Below are positions 1 through 9,987 of a stretch of DNA of 64,000 bases, in pieces (position 1 is the first letter of the stretch; every line of letters starts with the position of its first letter). Below the pieces are notes generated by a model. That model searched no databases. It was given only the letters and a program-made list of their open reading frames with translations, and was not told the origin of the DNA. The stretch comes from an uncultured Gemmatimonadales bacterium (GTDB lineage: Bacteria; Gemmatimonadota; Gemmatimonadetes; Longimicrobiales; Gaopeijiaceae), in the NCBI GenBank assembly GCA_963823035.1, contig CAWGKG010000012.1:480001-544000 (forward strand), read 5' to 3'. Both the position numbers and the translations under genes were made by a program.

Positions 1-565
1 GGCACACTTCGTCACGTCGCTCGACGATCACGCCGAGGAGGTTCGTCACCGTCCGGTCCACCCCCTGCTGGGGCATGGCTCGCTGCACACCGGGACCATC
101 CGTGGCGGGACGGCCGAATCCGTCTACCCCGAGCAGTGCGAGCTCCTTCTGGAGCGTCGGACGTTGCCCGGGGAGACGCCGGAGGAGGTTCTGGAGGAGA
201 TCGGCCGCGTACTGGACCGCGTGCGAGCACGCGAGCCCGAGCTGAGGGCGACGCTCGACGTCACCCTGGCGCGTCCGGGAACCGAGATCCCCGCCGACTC
301 CCGACTGGTCCGGGGGCTGCTCGACGCCAGTGAGGCCTGCGGTGTCGCGCCGGCCGTGGCGGGGATGACGGCCTGGGTCGACGCGGCGTTCCTCAACGAG
401 GCGGGAATCCCCGCCGTGTGCTTCGGGCCGGGTGACATCGCCCAGGCCCACAGCGCGGACGAATGGATCGAGGCAGCGGAGATCGACGCCTGCGCCCGGA
501 TCCTGGAGCGCTTCGCGCGCTGGCTGTCCGTTGGGCGACAGGACGAACCAGCGCGCCTAGCCTAG
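1..565 (+). CDS. ArgE/DapE family M20 deacylase (acetylornithine deacetylase-like), 5'-truncated by window edge
   Basis: Frame is open from base 2 (HPLLGHGSLHTGTIRGG...ERRTLPGE) and continues to C-terminal M20 motifs WVDAAFL, FGPGDIAQAHSADEWI. Confidence 0.85.
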   Translation, partial: AHFVTSLDDHAEEVRHRPVHPLLGHGSLHTGTIRGGTAESVYPEQCELLLERRTLPGETPEEVLEEIGRVLDRVRAREPELRATLDVTLARPGTEIPADSRLVRGLLDASEACGVAPAVAGMTAWVDAAFLNEAGIPAVCFGPGDIAQAHSADEWIEAAEIDACARILERFARWLSVGRQDEPARLA

Positions 566-582
566 TGTGGTGTCCCGGAACG

Positions 583-981
583 CTAGCGCCCCCGTTTCGT
601 TGAGACGAGGATGACCCCGTTGTTGTAGTTCGTGCCGAAGCGCGTGGTAGCGTCGGAGGCGTTCATGTACACCATCTCCTGAACCTGCGCCGCGGGCAGG
701 TTGTTCAGGGCCTCGATGCCGCCCCCCTGCGGATTCCCGTCGATGTGGACCTGGGGCGTGCCACCACTACGCGTCCGCAGCCACGTCGGGCGCAGGCGCT
801 GGACCGCCGCGTAGGCGCTGAGCTGGGCGACGTTGGTCAACTCGTCTTCGACGATGCGTGTGGAGGAGCCTCGCCGCGCCGCGGTGTCGCCTCCCGCGCC
901 GCCCCCGCTCGCGCAAGCCGCGAGGGCGAGGGTGATGGCCAGGAGAGCGGGAAGCACGCGAGGCGAACGCGGGACATACAT
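583..981 (-). CDS. Small lipoprotein with a TonB-dependent receptor plug-like domain
   Basis: ATG at 981; lipobox LAAC; AYAAVQRLRPTWL, PQVHIDG and DATTRFG...GVILVSTK resemble a stand-alone plug domain. Confidence 0.65.
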   Translation of the reverse strand: MYVPRSPRVLPALLAITLALAACASGGGAGGDTAARRGSSTRIVEDELTNVAQLSAYAAVQRLRPTWLRTRSGGTPQVHIDGNPQGGGIEALNNLPAAQVQEMVYMNASDATTRFGTNYNNGVILVSTKRGR

Positions 982-1066
982 GGAGAGCCTCCAGGGCAGG
1001 GATGGACCGTAGCGTTTCGCCGATGTGGGTGCACCGGCCCGACAAGATGCCCCGGGGGCGCTACAG

Positions 1067-1102
1067 GCGCCACTGTTGGGGATGTCGCGCCACTGTTGGG
1101 GA
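1067..1102. promoter_or_regulatory. Tandem 16-bp direct repeat GCGCCACTGTTGGGGA (20-bp period), probable regulator binding site
   Basis: Exact copies at 1067-1082 and 1087-1102 in a divergent intergenic region. Confidence 0.55.
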
Positions 1103-1190
1103 GCTTGCTCGCCTGTGGGCGCTCCGGTAACCTCACGGACCGCGCTGTGACCAGGCATGCGGCGGTGCGCCCGAACCAGCGGAGGCCGGT

Positions 1191-2870
1191 ATGAAGTCGA
1201 CACGGATCGGGATCCTGGCCGGCGCCCTCCTCGTGGCGGCGTGTGGTGGGCGGGAGGGTGACGCGGCGGACCTCGTCTTCCGGGGGGGCGTGGTCTGGAC
1301 GGGCTCGTCCACCGCGGATCGCGACCAGGCCGTGGCGGTCAAGGACGGGAAGGTCCTCGCGGTCGGCTCCGACGGCGAAATCGAGGCGTACGTCGGCGCG
1401 GGGACCCGCGTGGTGGAGTTGGACGGCCGCTCCGTCACGCCGGGGTTCATCGACGCCCACACGCACTTCCTCGACGGGGGCTTCAAGCTCGCCGGGGTCG
1501 ATCTTAGGGATGCCGCCACCCCGGCCGAGTTCGCACGTCGTATCGGTGCCTTCGCCGCCACGGTGCCGCCGGGCACCTGGATTACCGGGGGTGACTGGGA
1601 CCACGAGCTTTGGGGCGGCGAACTGCCCAGGAAGGAGTGGGTGGACTCGCTTACACCGGACAACCCGGTGTTCGTCAACCGCCTGGATGGGCACATGTCG
1701 CTGGCCAACTCGGCGGCCCTGCGCGCCGCCGGCATCGACCAGGGCGGGCGCACGCCCGACCCGGCCGGTGGGACGATCGTCCGGGACGTACGCACGGCCG
1801 ACCCGGCCGGGGTCTTCAAGGACGAGGCGATGGCGTTGGTGGGCCGCGTCATCCCCGACCCGTCCGAGGCGGACCTGGACCGGGCCCTGCAGGCCGCGGC
1901 CCGTCACGCCCTCGAGCGGGGCGTGACGCAGGTCCACGACATGGCCGGTTGGCCGAGCCTCGAGACGTACCAGCGCGCCTACGCCCGTGGCGAGCTACCG
2001 CTGCGCGTGTACTCGGTGGTTCCGATCGCGACGTGGGAGCGGCTGCGCGACTACGTGGCCGAGCACGGCCGAGGCGACGACTACCTCTGGTGGGGAGGGC
2101 TGAAGGGCTTCGTCGACGGCTCGCTCGGATCCACCACCGCGTGGTTCTACCAGCCCTATTCGGACGAGCCGGCTACGTCGGGCTTCATGGTCACGGACTC
2201 GACGGAGCTGCGCACCGAGATCGAAGGCGCGGACGCGGCCGGCCTGCAGGTCATCGTGCACGCCATCGGCGACCGGGCGAACGACTGGCTCCTCGACGTC
2301 TACCGCGAGGCCGCCGAGATGAACGGCCCCCGGGACCGGCGCTTCCGCATCGAGCACGCCCAGCACCTGAGTCCCGGGGCGATCAGCCGCTTCGCCGAGC
2401 AAGGGGTGATCGCGTCCATGCAGCCCTACCACGCTGCGGACGACGGCCGCTGGGCCGAGAAGCGGATCGGGCCGGAGCGCATCCGGACCACCTACGCCTT
2501 TCGCTCCCTCCTGGACGCCGGAGCCACGCTCGCCTTCGGGTCGGACTGGACGGTGGCGCCCATCGATCCGATTCTCGGGATCGACGCGGCGGTGACCCGG
2601 CGCACCATCGACGGCGCCAACCCGGACGGATGGATGCCCCAGGAGCGGATCACCCTGGAGGAGACGCTCCGCGCGTACACGCAGGGTGGCGCCACGGCGG
2701 GCTTCAAGGAGGACCGCCTGGGTCGGCTCGAGCCCGGAATGCTCGCCGACCTGGTGGTGCTTTCGGACGACATCTTCTCCCTCGATCCGAAGAGCCTGGT
2801 GAACGTTCGCGTAGAGATGACGGTGGTGGGTGGCCGGGTCGCGTACGAACGGCCGGAAAGCCCGGCCTAG
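1191..2870 (+). CDS. Amidohydrolase 3 family (YtcJ-like) lipoprotein
   Basis: Lipobox VAAC; PGFIDAHTH, KGFVDGSLGS, HAIGD, RIEHAQ, FGSDW, G.LEPG.LADLVVL. Confidence 0.92.
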   Translation: MKSTRIGILAGALLVAACGGREGDAADLVFRGGVVWTGSSTADRDQAVAVKDGKVLAVGSDGEIEAYVGAGTRVVELDGRSVTPGFIDAHTHFLDGGFKLAGVDLRDAATPAEFARRIGAFAATVPPGTWITGGDWDHELWGGELPRKEWVDSLTPDNPVFVNRLDGHMSLANSAALRAAGIDQGGRTPDPAGGTIVRDVRTADPAGVFKDEAMALVGRVIPDPSEADLDRALQAAARHALERGVTQVHDMAGWPSLETYQRAYARGELPLRVYSVVPIATWERLRDYVAEHGRGDDYLWWGGLKGFVDGSLGSTTAWFYQPYSDEPATSGFMVTDSTELRTEIEGADAAGLQVIVHAIGDRANDWLLDVYREAAEMNGPRDRRFRIEHAQHLSPGAISRFAEQGVIASMQPYHAADDGRWAEKRIGPERIRTTYAFRSLLDAGATLAFGSDWTVAPIDPILGIDAAVTRRTIDGANPDGWMPQERITLEETLRAYTQGGATAGFKEDRLGRLEPGMLADLVVLSDDIFSLDPKSLVNVRVEMTVVGGRVAYERPESPA

Positions 2871-2907
2871 CTGCTAGCGATCCGGAGGAGAACGGGAAGG
2901 AGTGGTC

Positions 2908-3609
2908 ATGGAGCAGGAGCCCGAGGGCTCGCGGCAGCCACTGAGCCATACGAGGCAGGTCACCATCGACGCCCTGTGCGAGCACTTCGCCAACGACGTC
3001 ATGGGGGTGGAGGAATTCGAGCGACGCGTGGACTCTGCGCATCGCGCGTCCACCGTGGCGGATCTGAAGGACCTGCTGCGAGACCTTCCGGGGAGCGACC
3101 TGCCGGCGCCGGTGTCGGGAGCGTCGATGCCGACGCCCGCCCCGCGGGCGCGCAGCTACCGCCTCGCGGCGGCCGGCCAGGTGAAGGATCGGGAGATCGT
3201 GGTCGCGATCCTGGGCGGGGCGTCCCGCCGTGGGCCGTGGACGCCGGCCCGCAAGAACTTCGCGTTCGCGATGATGGGTGGCGCGGAACTCGACTTCCGG
3301 GAGGCGGTGCTCGGACCGGGCGTGACCGAGGTCCAGGTGTTCGCGATGTGGGGTGGCATCGAGATCATCGTACCGCCGGGGATGAACGTGGAGAGCCACG
3401 GCGCCGGCATCATGGGCGGCTTCGACCACCTCACGGACATCGCCCCCGATCCTGATGCGCCTACCCTGCGCATCACCGGCGTCGCGATCATGGGCGGCGT
3501 GGAGATCACACAGCGCTATGCGGGCGAAAGCAGCCGCGACGCCCGGCGGCGCCGACGCATCGCGCGCAAGGAGCAGCGTCGGCTCCGCCGGGGCGACGAC
3601 CGTGGGTAG
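2908..3609 (+). CDS. DUF1707 (SHOCT-like) plus LiaF-like beta domain protein
   Basis: N-terminal EEFERRV..A..A.T..DL..LL.DLP; C-terminal MGGAELDFREA, WGGIEIIVP, MGGVEI. Confidence 0.8.
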   Translation: MEQEPEGSRQPLSHTRQVTIDALCEHFANDVMGVEEFERRVDSAHRASTVADLKDLLRDLPGSDLPAPVSGASMPTPAPRARSYRLAAAGQVKDREIVVAILGGASRRGPWTPARKNFAFAMMGGAELDFREAVLGPGVTEVQVFAMWGGIEIIVPPGMNVESHGAGIMGGFDHLTDIAPDPDAPTLRITGVAIMGGVEITQRYAGESSRDARRRRRIARKEQRRLRRGDDRG

Positions 3610-3657
3610 GCGTCCGCCCGTGACGTGGTGCGGCGGGACTGCGCCCGGACGTACCGC

Positions 3658-4585
3658 ATGGGCCTGAACCCGCGGCGCGAGGTCGCGCTGATCTCCGTAT
3701 CGATCGACCTCGGCGCCGGCCGGCGCGGCGTGGACATGGGACCGTCGGCGCTCCGCATCGCGGAGTTGACCCAGAAGGTGGAGGCGCTCGGATACCGCGT
3801 GCGCGAAGCCGGGACGGTCACGGCGGGTGGCTTCGAGACCACCGACCCCGGGGACGAGCGGCATACACGCTTCCTTGGGGAGATCCTCGATGTCGCGTCG
3901 CGTACGGGAGAGCTCGTGACGCGGGGGCTCGAGGATGGGTGCCTTCCCCTCGTCGTCGGTGGAGACCACTCCCTGTCGATCGGCTCCGTGGCGGCGGTGG
4001 CGCGGCACTACCGCGACGCAGGGCGAGTCCATCGGGCTCATCTGGGTCGACGCCCACGCGGACATGAACACGCCCGGGACCACGCCCAGCGGCAACGTGC
4101 ACGGCATGAGCCTCGCGGTGCTGCTCGGCCGTGGTCACGAGGCGCTCACCGCCCTCTCGGGCGAGGGGCCCGCGTTGCGGCCGGAGAACGTCACGGTGAT
4201 GGGCGCGCGCGAGCTCGACCCGGGCGAGCGCGCCCTCGTCGCGGAGCTGGGCGTTCGCGTCTTCACGATGTCGGAGATCGACGAGCGCGGCATCGCGGCG
4301 TGCATGGACGAAGCGCTGGGGCGAGCCACCGCCGGGACGGCGGGCTTCCACCTCTCCTTCGACCTGGACGCCCTCGATCCGCGCGAGGCGCCGGGGGTGG
4401 GCACGCCCGTACAGGGTGGGCTCACGTATCGCGAGGGTCACCTGGTGTGCGAGAAGGCAGCGGGGTCGGAGCGGATCGTCAGCCTCGAGCTCGTGGAGCT
4501 CAATCCGGTGCTCGACGACCGGAACCACACGGCACGTCTCGCGGTAGGGCTTCTGGCCTCGGCGCTCGGTCAGTCCATCCTCTGA
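3658..4585 (+). CDS. rocF: Arginase (apparent frameshift near 4015-4022)
   Basis: GVDMGPSALR and GGDHS in one frame; WVDAHADMNT, SGNVHGM, SFDLDALDP, VELNP in the next. Confidence 0.9.
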
Positions 4586-4639
4586 CGCCCACGGGCGCTC
4601 GTGGTATCCCCTCTCGACCTCGTTTCCTGGGAGATTTCC

Positions 4640-5101
4640 ATGCCCGACACGCTACGGTCCCGCCTCTCGGAGATCGCCCTCAACCTCATGCGCATCGTCT
4701 TCGGCCTGATGTTCATGCAACACGGCGCGCAGAAGCTGTTCGCGGTGCTGGGTCGTGAGCAGCCGGTCGAGCTCTTCTCCCAGATGGGGCTGGCGGGCGT
4801 GCTCGAGTTCTGGGGTGGGATGCTGATCGTGCTCGGGCTCTTCACCCGACCGGTGGCCTTCTTCCTCGCGGGCGAGATGGCGGTGGCCTACTTCCAGGCG
4901 CACTTCTCCCGAGGCTGGTTCCCGATCGTGAACCGGGGCGAGGTGGTCGTTCTCTACTGCTTCGCCTTCCTCTACCTGTCGGCGCGTGGGGGGGGGTCGT
5001 TCAGCCTCGACGGTCTGTGGGCCTCGCGGAGAAGGGCCAAGGGCAGTCTAGCGGCCCCGACGAGGCTCATCCGCGCAACGTTCGGTCCAGGTACGCCTTG
5101 A
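4640..5101 (+). CDS. DoxX family membrane protein
   Basis: RIVFGLMFMQHGAQKLF, LGLFTRPVAF, GEMAVAYF, GGGSFSLD; 3' end overlaps the convergent gene. Confidence 0.88.
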   Translation: MPDTLRSRLSEIALNLMRIVFGLMFMQHGAQKLFAVLGREQPVELFSQMGLAGVLEFWGGMLIVLGLFTRPVAFFLAGEMAVAYFQAHFSRGWFPIVNRGEVVVLYCFAFLYLSARGGGSFSLDGLWASRRRAKGSLAAPTRLIRATFGPGTP

Positions 5102-5948
5102 GGCGCTGCCACGCGTCCAGGGCCGGCGCCGCGCGTGTCGCGGGGTCCTGGTCCACGTGGAGCCAGAAGCCGTGCTGCACGTCGTCGTACACGTGCACGT
5201 CGTTCGGAATTCCGGCCTCGCGCAACGCGGCCACGAACGCCTCCACCGCCGAGGGCGGGATGCCTTGGTCGAGCCCGGCGAAGGTGCCATACACCTCGTG
5301 GGAGATGTGCGCCAGCCGCTCCGGGTCGTCCACGAGCTGCCCGTAGAAGATCGCCGTGGCGTCGTGGTTCTCCCCGTCGAGGCCGAAGGAGAGCGCTACG
5401 CCTCCGCCGAAGCACCAGCCCATGGCGCCCACCCGCCCCGTGACGTCGGGACGCGACTTCAGGTAGTCCACGGCCGCGTTCATGTTGGCGATCATCTTCG
5501 GCTGGTCGTCGTGCACCTCCTGCATGAGCGCCCGGTTCTCGTCCGGTGTGGAGCCCGTGCGCCCCTCGTAGAGGTCGACGGCGAACGTGACGTAGCCCTC
5601 CGCGGCCAGGGCGTCGGCCACCTGGCGCACGCGGTCCACCAGTCCGTTCCATTCGTGAACGATGACGAGGGCCGGGAAGGGACCGTCTCCGGCGGGGACC
5701 GCGAGGTACCCGGTCGTGGCGGTGTCCCCGTCCACGTAGGGGAGGTCGACGCCCTGCAGCGGACCGGCCTGCCCCAGGAGGGCGGGCGGGAGCTCGCCCT
5801 CGGCGGTGGGCGCGGCGGGTACGCGGGGTCCCGTCATGGCGGGTCCGCTTCTCGCGGACGTCTCCGCGGTGCCTCCCTGCTCTCCGCCTCCGCAGGCGAT
5901 CAGCAGGAGGCCGGCTATGGCGACGACGGCGAGGTGGGGAGTTCGCAT
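5067..5948 (-). CDS. Dienelactone hydrolase family lipoprotein
   Basis: Lipobox LIAC; HEWNGL, GWCFGG nucleophile motif, HGF. Confidence 0.9.
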   Translation of the reverse strand: MRTPHLAVVAIAGLLLIACGGGEQGGTAETSARSGPAMTGPRVPAAPTAEGELPPALLGQAGPLQGVDLPYVDGDTATTGYLAVPAGDGPFPALVIVHEWNGLVDRVRQVADALAAEGYVTFAVDLYEGRTGSTPDENRALMQEVHDDQPKMIANMNAAVDYLKSRPDVTGRVGAMGWCFGGGVALSFGLDGENHDATAIFYGQLVDDPERLAHISHEVYGTFAGLDQGIPPSAVEAFVAALREAGIPNDVHVYDDVQHGFWLHVDQDPATRAAPALDAWQRLKAYLDRTLRG

Positions 5949-6060
5949 GGGAGGGTCTCCGATCCAGGGTGGAGCCGAACGGTCTGGCCCCCAGGATAGG
6001 GTGCCCGCCCGCGGAGCGCACGCCCGCGCCGCCGGCCGCGTGAGCGTTGCCCTCGCATTT

Positions 6061-6099
6061 ATTCAAGGTTGAATGTATACTATCTACTTCAAGCTTGAA
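6061..6099 (+). promoter_or_regulatory. Two TTCAAGnTTGAA palindromic operators flanking a TATACT -10 box
   Basis: ATTCAAGGTTGAAT at 6061-6074, TATACT at 6076-6081, TTCAAGCTTGAA at 6088-6099; AT-rich island upstream of the NmrA gene. Confidence 0.7.
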
Positions 6100-6129
6100 A
6101 ATACGAACGATGCGCACACGGAGGGATCC

Positions 6130-6990
6130 ATGCGGAAGGGCGACGACGCGATTCTCGTGACGGGAGCGACGGGTCAGCAGGGAGGAGCCACGGCGAGGGA
6201 GCTGCTCGCCGAGGGACACGCGGTGCACGCGATGACGCGTCATCCCGAGGGGGAGGCCGCCAAGGCCCTGGCGGCCGCGGGCGCCACGATCGTGAAAGGC
6301 GACCTCGACGACGAGGCTTCGCTGCGCGCGGCCCTTGCCGGGAAGTGGGGGACCTTCGCCATACAGAACACCTGGGAGGCCGGCGTCGAGGGCGAGGAGG
6401 AGCAGGGGAAGCGCTTCGCGCGCATCGCCCACGCGGCGGGCGTGAAGCACTACGTCTACGCGTCGGTGGGCTCCGCGGATCGGGACACGGGCATCCCTCA
6501 CTTCGACAACAAGGACCGGGTGGAGGAGGTCGTGCGTGGCCTCGGGTTCCCGTCCTGGGTGATCCTGCGGCCGGTGTTCTTCATGGAGAATCTCGCGTCG
6601 CCGTGGTTCAAGCCGGCCATCGACGAAGGCACGCTGGCGCTCGGGATGGGCGGAGACACGCCGCTGCAGATGGTGGCGGTCGAGGACATCGGCAAGTACG
6701 GGAGGTTGGCCTTCGACGACCACGAAGCCCTGAACGGCCAGGCCATCGACTTCGCGGGGGACTCCCTCACGCCCAGGGAGATCGCCGCCGTCCTGAGCGA
6801 GGCCACCGGTCGCGCGATCGATCACTACGCGGTTCCGCTCGACGAGGTGCGGAAGTCGAGCGAGGAGTTCGCGATCATGCTCGACTGGTTCGAGCGGGTG
6901 GGCTACGACGCGGACATCGAGGGCAACGCCAAGCGATACGGCATCCGGCCGACGCCGTTCAGCGAATGGGCGAAGACCGTCACATGGTGA
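6130..6990 (+). CDS. NmrA/HSCARG family NAD(P)-binding protein
   Basis: VTGATGQQGG Rossmann motif, IPHFDNK, LRPVFFMEN. Confidence 0.92.
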   Translation: MRKGDDAILVTGATGQQGGATARELLAEGHAVHAMTRHPEGEAAKALAAAGATIVKGDLDDEASLRAALAGKWGTFAIQNTWEAGVEGEEEQGKRFARIAHAAGVKHYVYASVGSADRDTGIPHFDNKDRVEEVVRGLGFPSWVILRPVFFMENLASPWFKPAIDEGTLALGMGGDTPLQMVAVEDIGKYGRLAFDDHEALNGQAIDFAGDSLTPREIAAVLSEATGRAIDHYAVPLDEVRKSSEEFAIMLDWFERVGYDADIEGNAKRYGIRPTPFSEWAKTVTW

Positions 6991-7061
6991 CGGCGGGCTG
7001 ATTGCCGCTCGGCCGGGCCGCGCGCACTTTGGCGCAGCGATCCCCGAACCGAGGCGGCCGC

Positions 7062-8483
7062 ATGCGCGCTCCAATCTCCATCCGACCCCTGACGGGGGCC
7101 CTCGCCGTGGCGTGCGTCCTGGCGGGGGCCCCCGCGGGGGCCCAGCAAGTCGACATGCAGGCCCTGCAGGACGAGGCCGTGGCCTGGCTCCAGGACTACA
7201 TCCGCCTGGATACGCAGAACCCGCCGGGCAACGAGATCCTGGGTGCCCGCTTCTTCGCGAAGATCTTCGACGCGGAGGGCATCCCGTACCAGATCGCGGA
7301 GTCGGCGCCCGGGAGGGGCAACATCTGGGCGCGCCTGGAGGGCGGCGACGAGCCGGCGGTCGTGCTCCTCCACCACATGGACGTGGTGCCCGCCGACCCA
7401 CGCTACTGGTCGGTCGACCCGCTCTCCGGGGAGAAGCGGGACGGGTACATCTACGGCCGTGGTGCCCTCGACACGAAGACGAGCGGCATCCTGAACCTGG
7501 CCGCCTTCCTCGCGCTGCACCGTTCGGGTGTGCCCCTGACGCGCGACGTGGTGTTCGTCGCGACAGCGGACGAAGAGGCTGGAGGCGCATACGGTGCGGG
7601 ATGGTTGGCTGAGAACCACCGCGAGATCTTTGACGGCGTCGGCTTCCTGCTCAACGAAGGTGGTGGAGGCGAGAACGTCGGCGGGGAGGTCCAGTTCGGG
7701 GTCGAGGTCACGCAGAAGGTGCCCTTCTGGTTCCACCTGAAGACCGTGGGCGAGCCCGGCCACGGATCGCGGCCGCACACATCCTCCTCGGTCACCGAGA
7801 TGATCGACGCTCTGGCGCGCCTGCGCGCCCACGAGTTCGAGCCACGTATCATCCCCGCGGTGGACGCCCACCTGAAGGGAATCGCCGCCGGCCAACCCGA
7901 GCCGTGGCGCACGCGCTTCCAGGACATGGCCTCTTGGGTCCACCGCCCGGGCGTCCTCCGCGAGCTGCAGGAGTACGACCCCGGCCTGCATACGCTGACG
8001 CGCAACACCTGCTCGATCACGCGCCTCATGGGAAGCGACAAGATCAACGTCGTGCCGCCCGAGGCCGGCGCGGAGCTGGACTGCCGTCTCCTGCCGGACC
8101 AGGACCCCCAGGCCTTCATCGCCGAGCTACAATCGGTGCTGGGCCCGGAGGTCGAGATCGAGCAGCTCATGGGCTTCACACCTGCGGTGTCCACGACCGA
8201 CACGGAGCTGTACCGGATCGTGAAGGACGTGACGCTCGAGAACTTCCCGGGGGCGCAGTTCGTCCCCCAGGTGCAGGGAGGCTTCACCGACTCGCACTTC
8301 TTCCGCGACCTGGGGATCGTCTGCTACGGCTACGAAGCCACGGCGACCCCGCAGGCCGACGCCAGCGGCGTGCACGGCAACGACGAGCGGGTCACCGAGG
8401 AGAACGTTCGCAGAGGAGTCGCCATGACGCTCGAGATCGTACGCCGCTTCGCCGCCGCCCGCGGCGTGTCGGAGGAATCGTGA
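7062..8483 (+). CDS. Secreted M20/M25/M40 family metallopeptidase
   Basis: Signal peptide; HHMDVVP, GRGALDTK, ADEEAGG, GHGS, GFTDS, HGNDER. Confidence 0.9.
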   Translation: MRAPISIRPLTGALAVACVLAGAPAGAQQVDMQALQDEAVAWLQDYIRLDTQNPPGNEILGARFFAKIFDAEGIPYQIAESAPGRGNIWARLEGGDEPAVVLLHHMDVVPADPRYWSVDPLSGEKRDGYIYGRGALDTKTSGILNLAAFLALHRSGVPLTRDVVFVATADEEAGGAYGAGWLAENHREIFDGVGFLLNEGGGGENVGGEVQFGVEVTQKVPFWFHLKTVGEPGHGSRPHTSSSVTEMIDALARLRAHEFEPRIIPAVDAHLKGIAAGQPEPWRTRFQDMASWVHRPGVLRELQEYDPGLHTLTRNTCSITRLMGSDKINVVPPEAGAELDCRLLPDQDPQAFIAELQSVLGPEVEIEQLMGFTPAVSTTDTELYRIVKDVTLENFPGAQFVPQVQGGFTDSHFFRDLGIVCYGYEATATPQADASGVHGNDERVTEENVRRGVAMTLEIVRRFAAARGVSEES

Positions 8484-9259
8484 AGTTGCGGGGCGTGGGA
8501 CTCCGCGTGATCGCCACCCTCGCGCTGACCGTGACGGTGGCGGCGCGGCCGGCCGTCGCGCAGGAGAAGAGCGCCCTGCCCTGGCCGCCCGTCGCCACCT
8601 TCTCGGTGCTGGGCTACGACCCGGACACGGGTGAGGTCGGCGTGGCCGTGCAGTCGCGCGTGTTCTCGGTGGGCAACGGCGTCATCTGGGGGAAGGCGGA
8701 CGTAGGGGTCGCGGCTACGCAGGCCATCGTGGACGTGAGCTACGGGCCGCGCGCCATCGAGCTGCTCGAGCAGGGACTCACGCCCGAACAGGTCGTGCAG
8801 CGCATCCTCGACGAGGATCCCGATCCACGCCCGGACGATTGGCCGGAGGCGGGTCGGCAGTTCTCGGTGATGGACGCGCACGGGAACGTTGCCACGCACA
8901 CCGGACCGCAGGCGTCGGAGTGGGCAGGGCATCGCATCGGCCGCTACGTCTCCGCGCAGGGCAACATCCTCGCGGGCCCGGAGGTGGTCGACGGGATGGT
9001 GGAGGCGTTCGAGTCGACGGAAGGGCACCTCTCCTTCCGGCTGCTGGCGGCGCTGGAGGCCGGTCAGTTGGCCGGCGGCGACCGGCGGGGGATGCAGTCG
9101 GCCGCGATGCTCATCGTGAAGAAGGATGGCGGCGTGTGGCTGCACAACGACGTGGTGCTCCGCCTGCAGGTGGACGACGCCGAGCAGCCGATCGCGGAGC
9201 TGCGCCGGCTGGTCGAGATCGCCGCCAGGCAGCGCGAGCGGATCCGGGGCGGCGGGTAG
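8480..9259 (+). CDS. Secreted DUF1028 (Ntn-hydrolase-like) protein
   Basis: GTG overlaps the upstream stop; signal peptide, then TFS..GYDP.TGEVGVAVQS, QGNILAG, GGDRRG.QSAA, LQVDD..QPI.EL.RL. Confidence 0.88.
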   Translation: MKLRGVGLRVIATLALTVTVAARPAVAQEKSALPWPPVATFSVLGYDPDTGEVGVAVQSRVFSVGNGVIWGKADVGVAATQAIVDVSYGPRAIELLEQGLTPEQVVQRILDEDPDPRPDDWPEAGRQFSVMDAHGNVATHTGPQASEWAGHRIGRYVSAQGNILAGPEVVDGMVEAFESTEGHLSFRLLAALEAGQLAGGDRRGMQSAAMLIVKKDGGVWLHNDVVLRLQVDDAEQPIAELRRLVEIAARQRERIRGGG

Positions 9260-9355
9260 CTCCTCTCGACGCCGAGGTGGCCGACGTCCGGATGCGAGAA
9301 GGCCGTGGGAGCCCGAGAGCGCCCACGGCCTTCCGCGTCGTTGGCCCTGCTTCCT

Positions 9356-9769
9356 TCAGCTCTTGATGATCTCCAGGTGCGAGTCCGTCATCGCGGTCTC
9401 CACCCAGAAGTTCACCGCATCACCGAGCTGCAGGTCCAGCGGCCGCGTGCTCACGCCGTCCGGCGCTCCCTGAAGCGACCACACCGGCTCGTCGGGGAAG
9501 ACCTTGATCTCGAAGGCCCCCATGTCGGCGATGCTCTTGTCCACCTCCAGGATCTTGAAGTCCGAGCGGCCGACCCGCCCGAGCGAGCGCAACCGGCCGT
9601 TCGCGTCCTGGACGTAGACCTGCACGATCGAGGCGTTGTTGTTGATCACCCGGATCTCGAGCGTGTTGCTCGCCGGTCCGGGCGTCTCGGCCTTCGCGGA
9701 TGCGGCACCCAGCGCCATGAAGGCGGTCGCCACGGCCATCCGAAGAGTTCCCCTCGTCATCATCGTCAT
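9356..9769 (-). CDS. Secreted hypothetical protein, tandem paralog 1
   Basis: Signal peptide ending ASAKA; clearly similar to the neighbouring gene at 9988-10402. Confidence 0.75.
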   Translation of the reverse strand: MTMMTRGTLRMAVATAFMALGAASAKAETPGPASNTLEIRVINNNASIVQVYVQDANGRLRSLGRVGRSDFKILEVDKSIADMGAFEIKVFPDEPVWSLQGAPDGVSTRPLDLQLGDAVNFWVETAMTDSHLEIIKS

Positions 9770-9856
9770 CCTCCCAGGTGGATTCCCATCGTCCCTCCCA
9801 CGGCCTCCCGCCCACCGGGCCCGCCGCAGGGCCCCATCCTCCCACTCTCGTCCTCT

Positions 9857-9884
9857 TAGACGTGTTTACCGGCAAATTGGTTTC
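9857..9884 (-). promoter_or_regulatory. ECF-type promoter GAAACC-N16-CGTCTA for paralog 1
   Basis: Minus strand reads GAAACC AATTTGCCGGTAAACA CGTCTA; the same boxes and spacing recur upstream of paralog 2. Confidence 0.65.
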
Positions 9885-9987
9885 TCCGGCTCATCTCCGT
9901 CTGCCCATCGATACGTCGGCGCCGCTCCGGCGCTTACCTCACGGAGAGGGGCTCCGACCCGCACGGATCGAAGCCCCCTCCGGCCCG

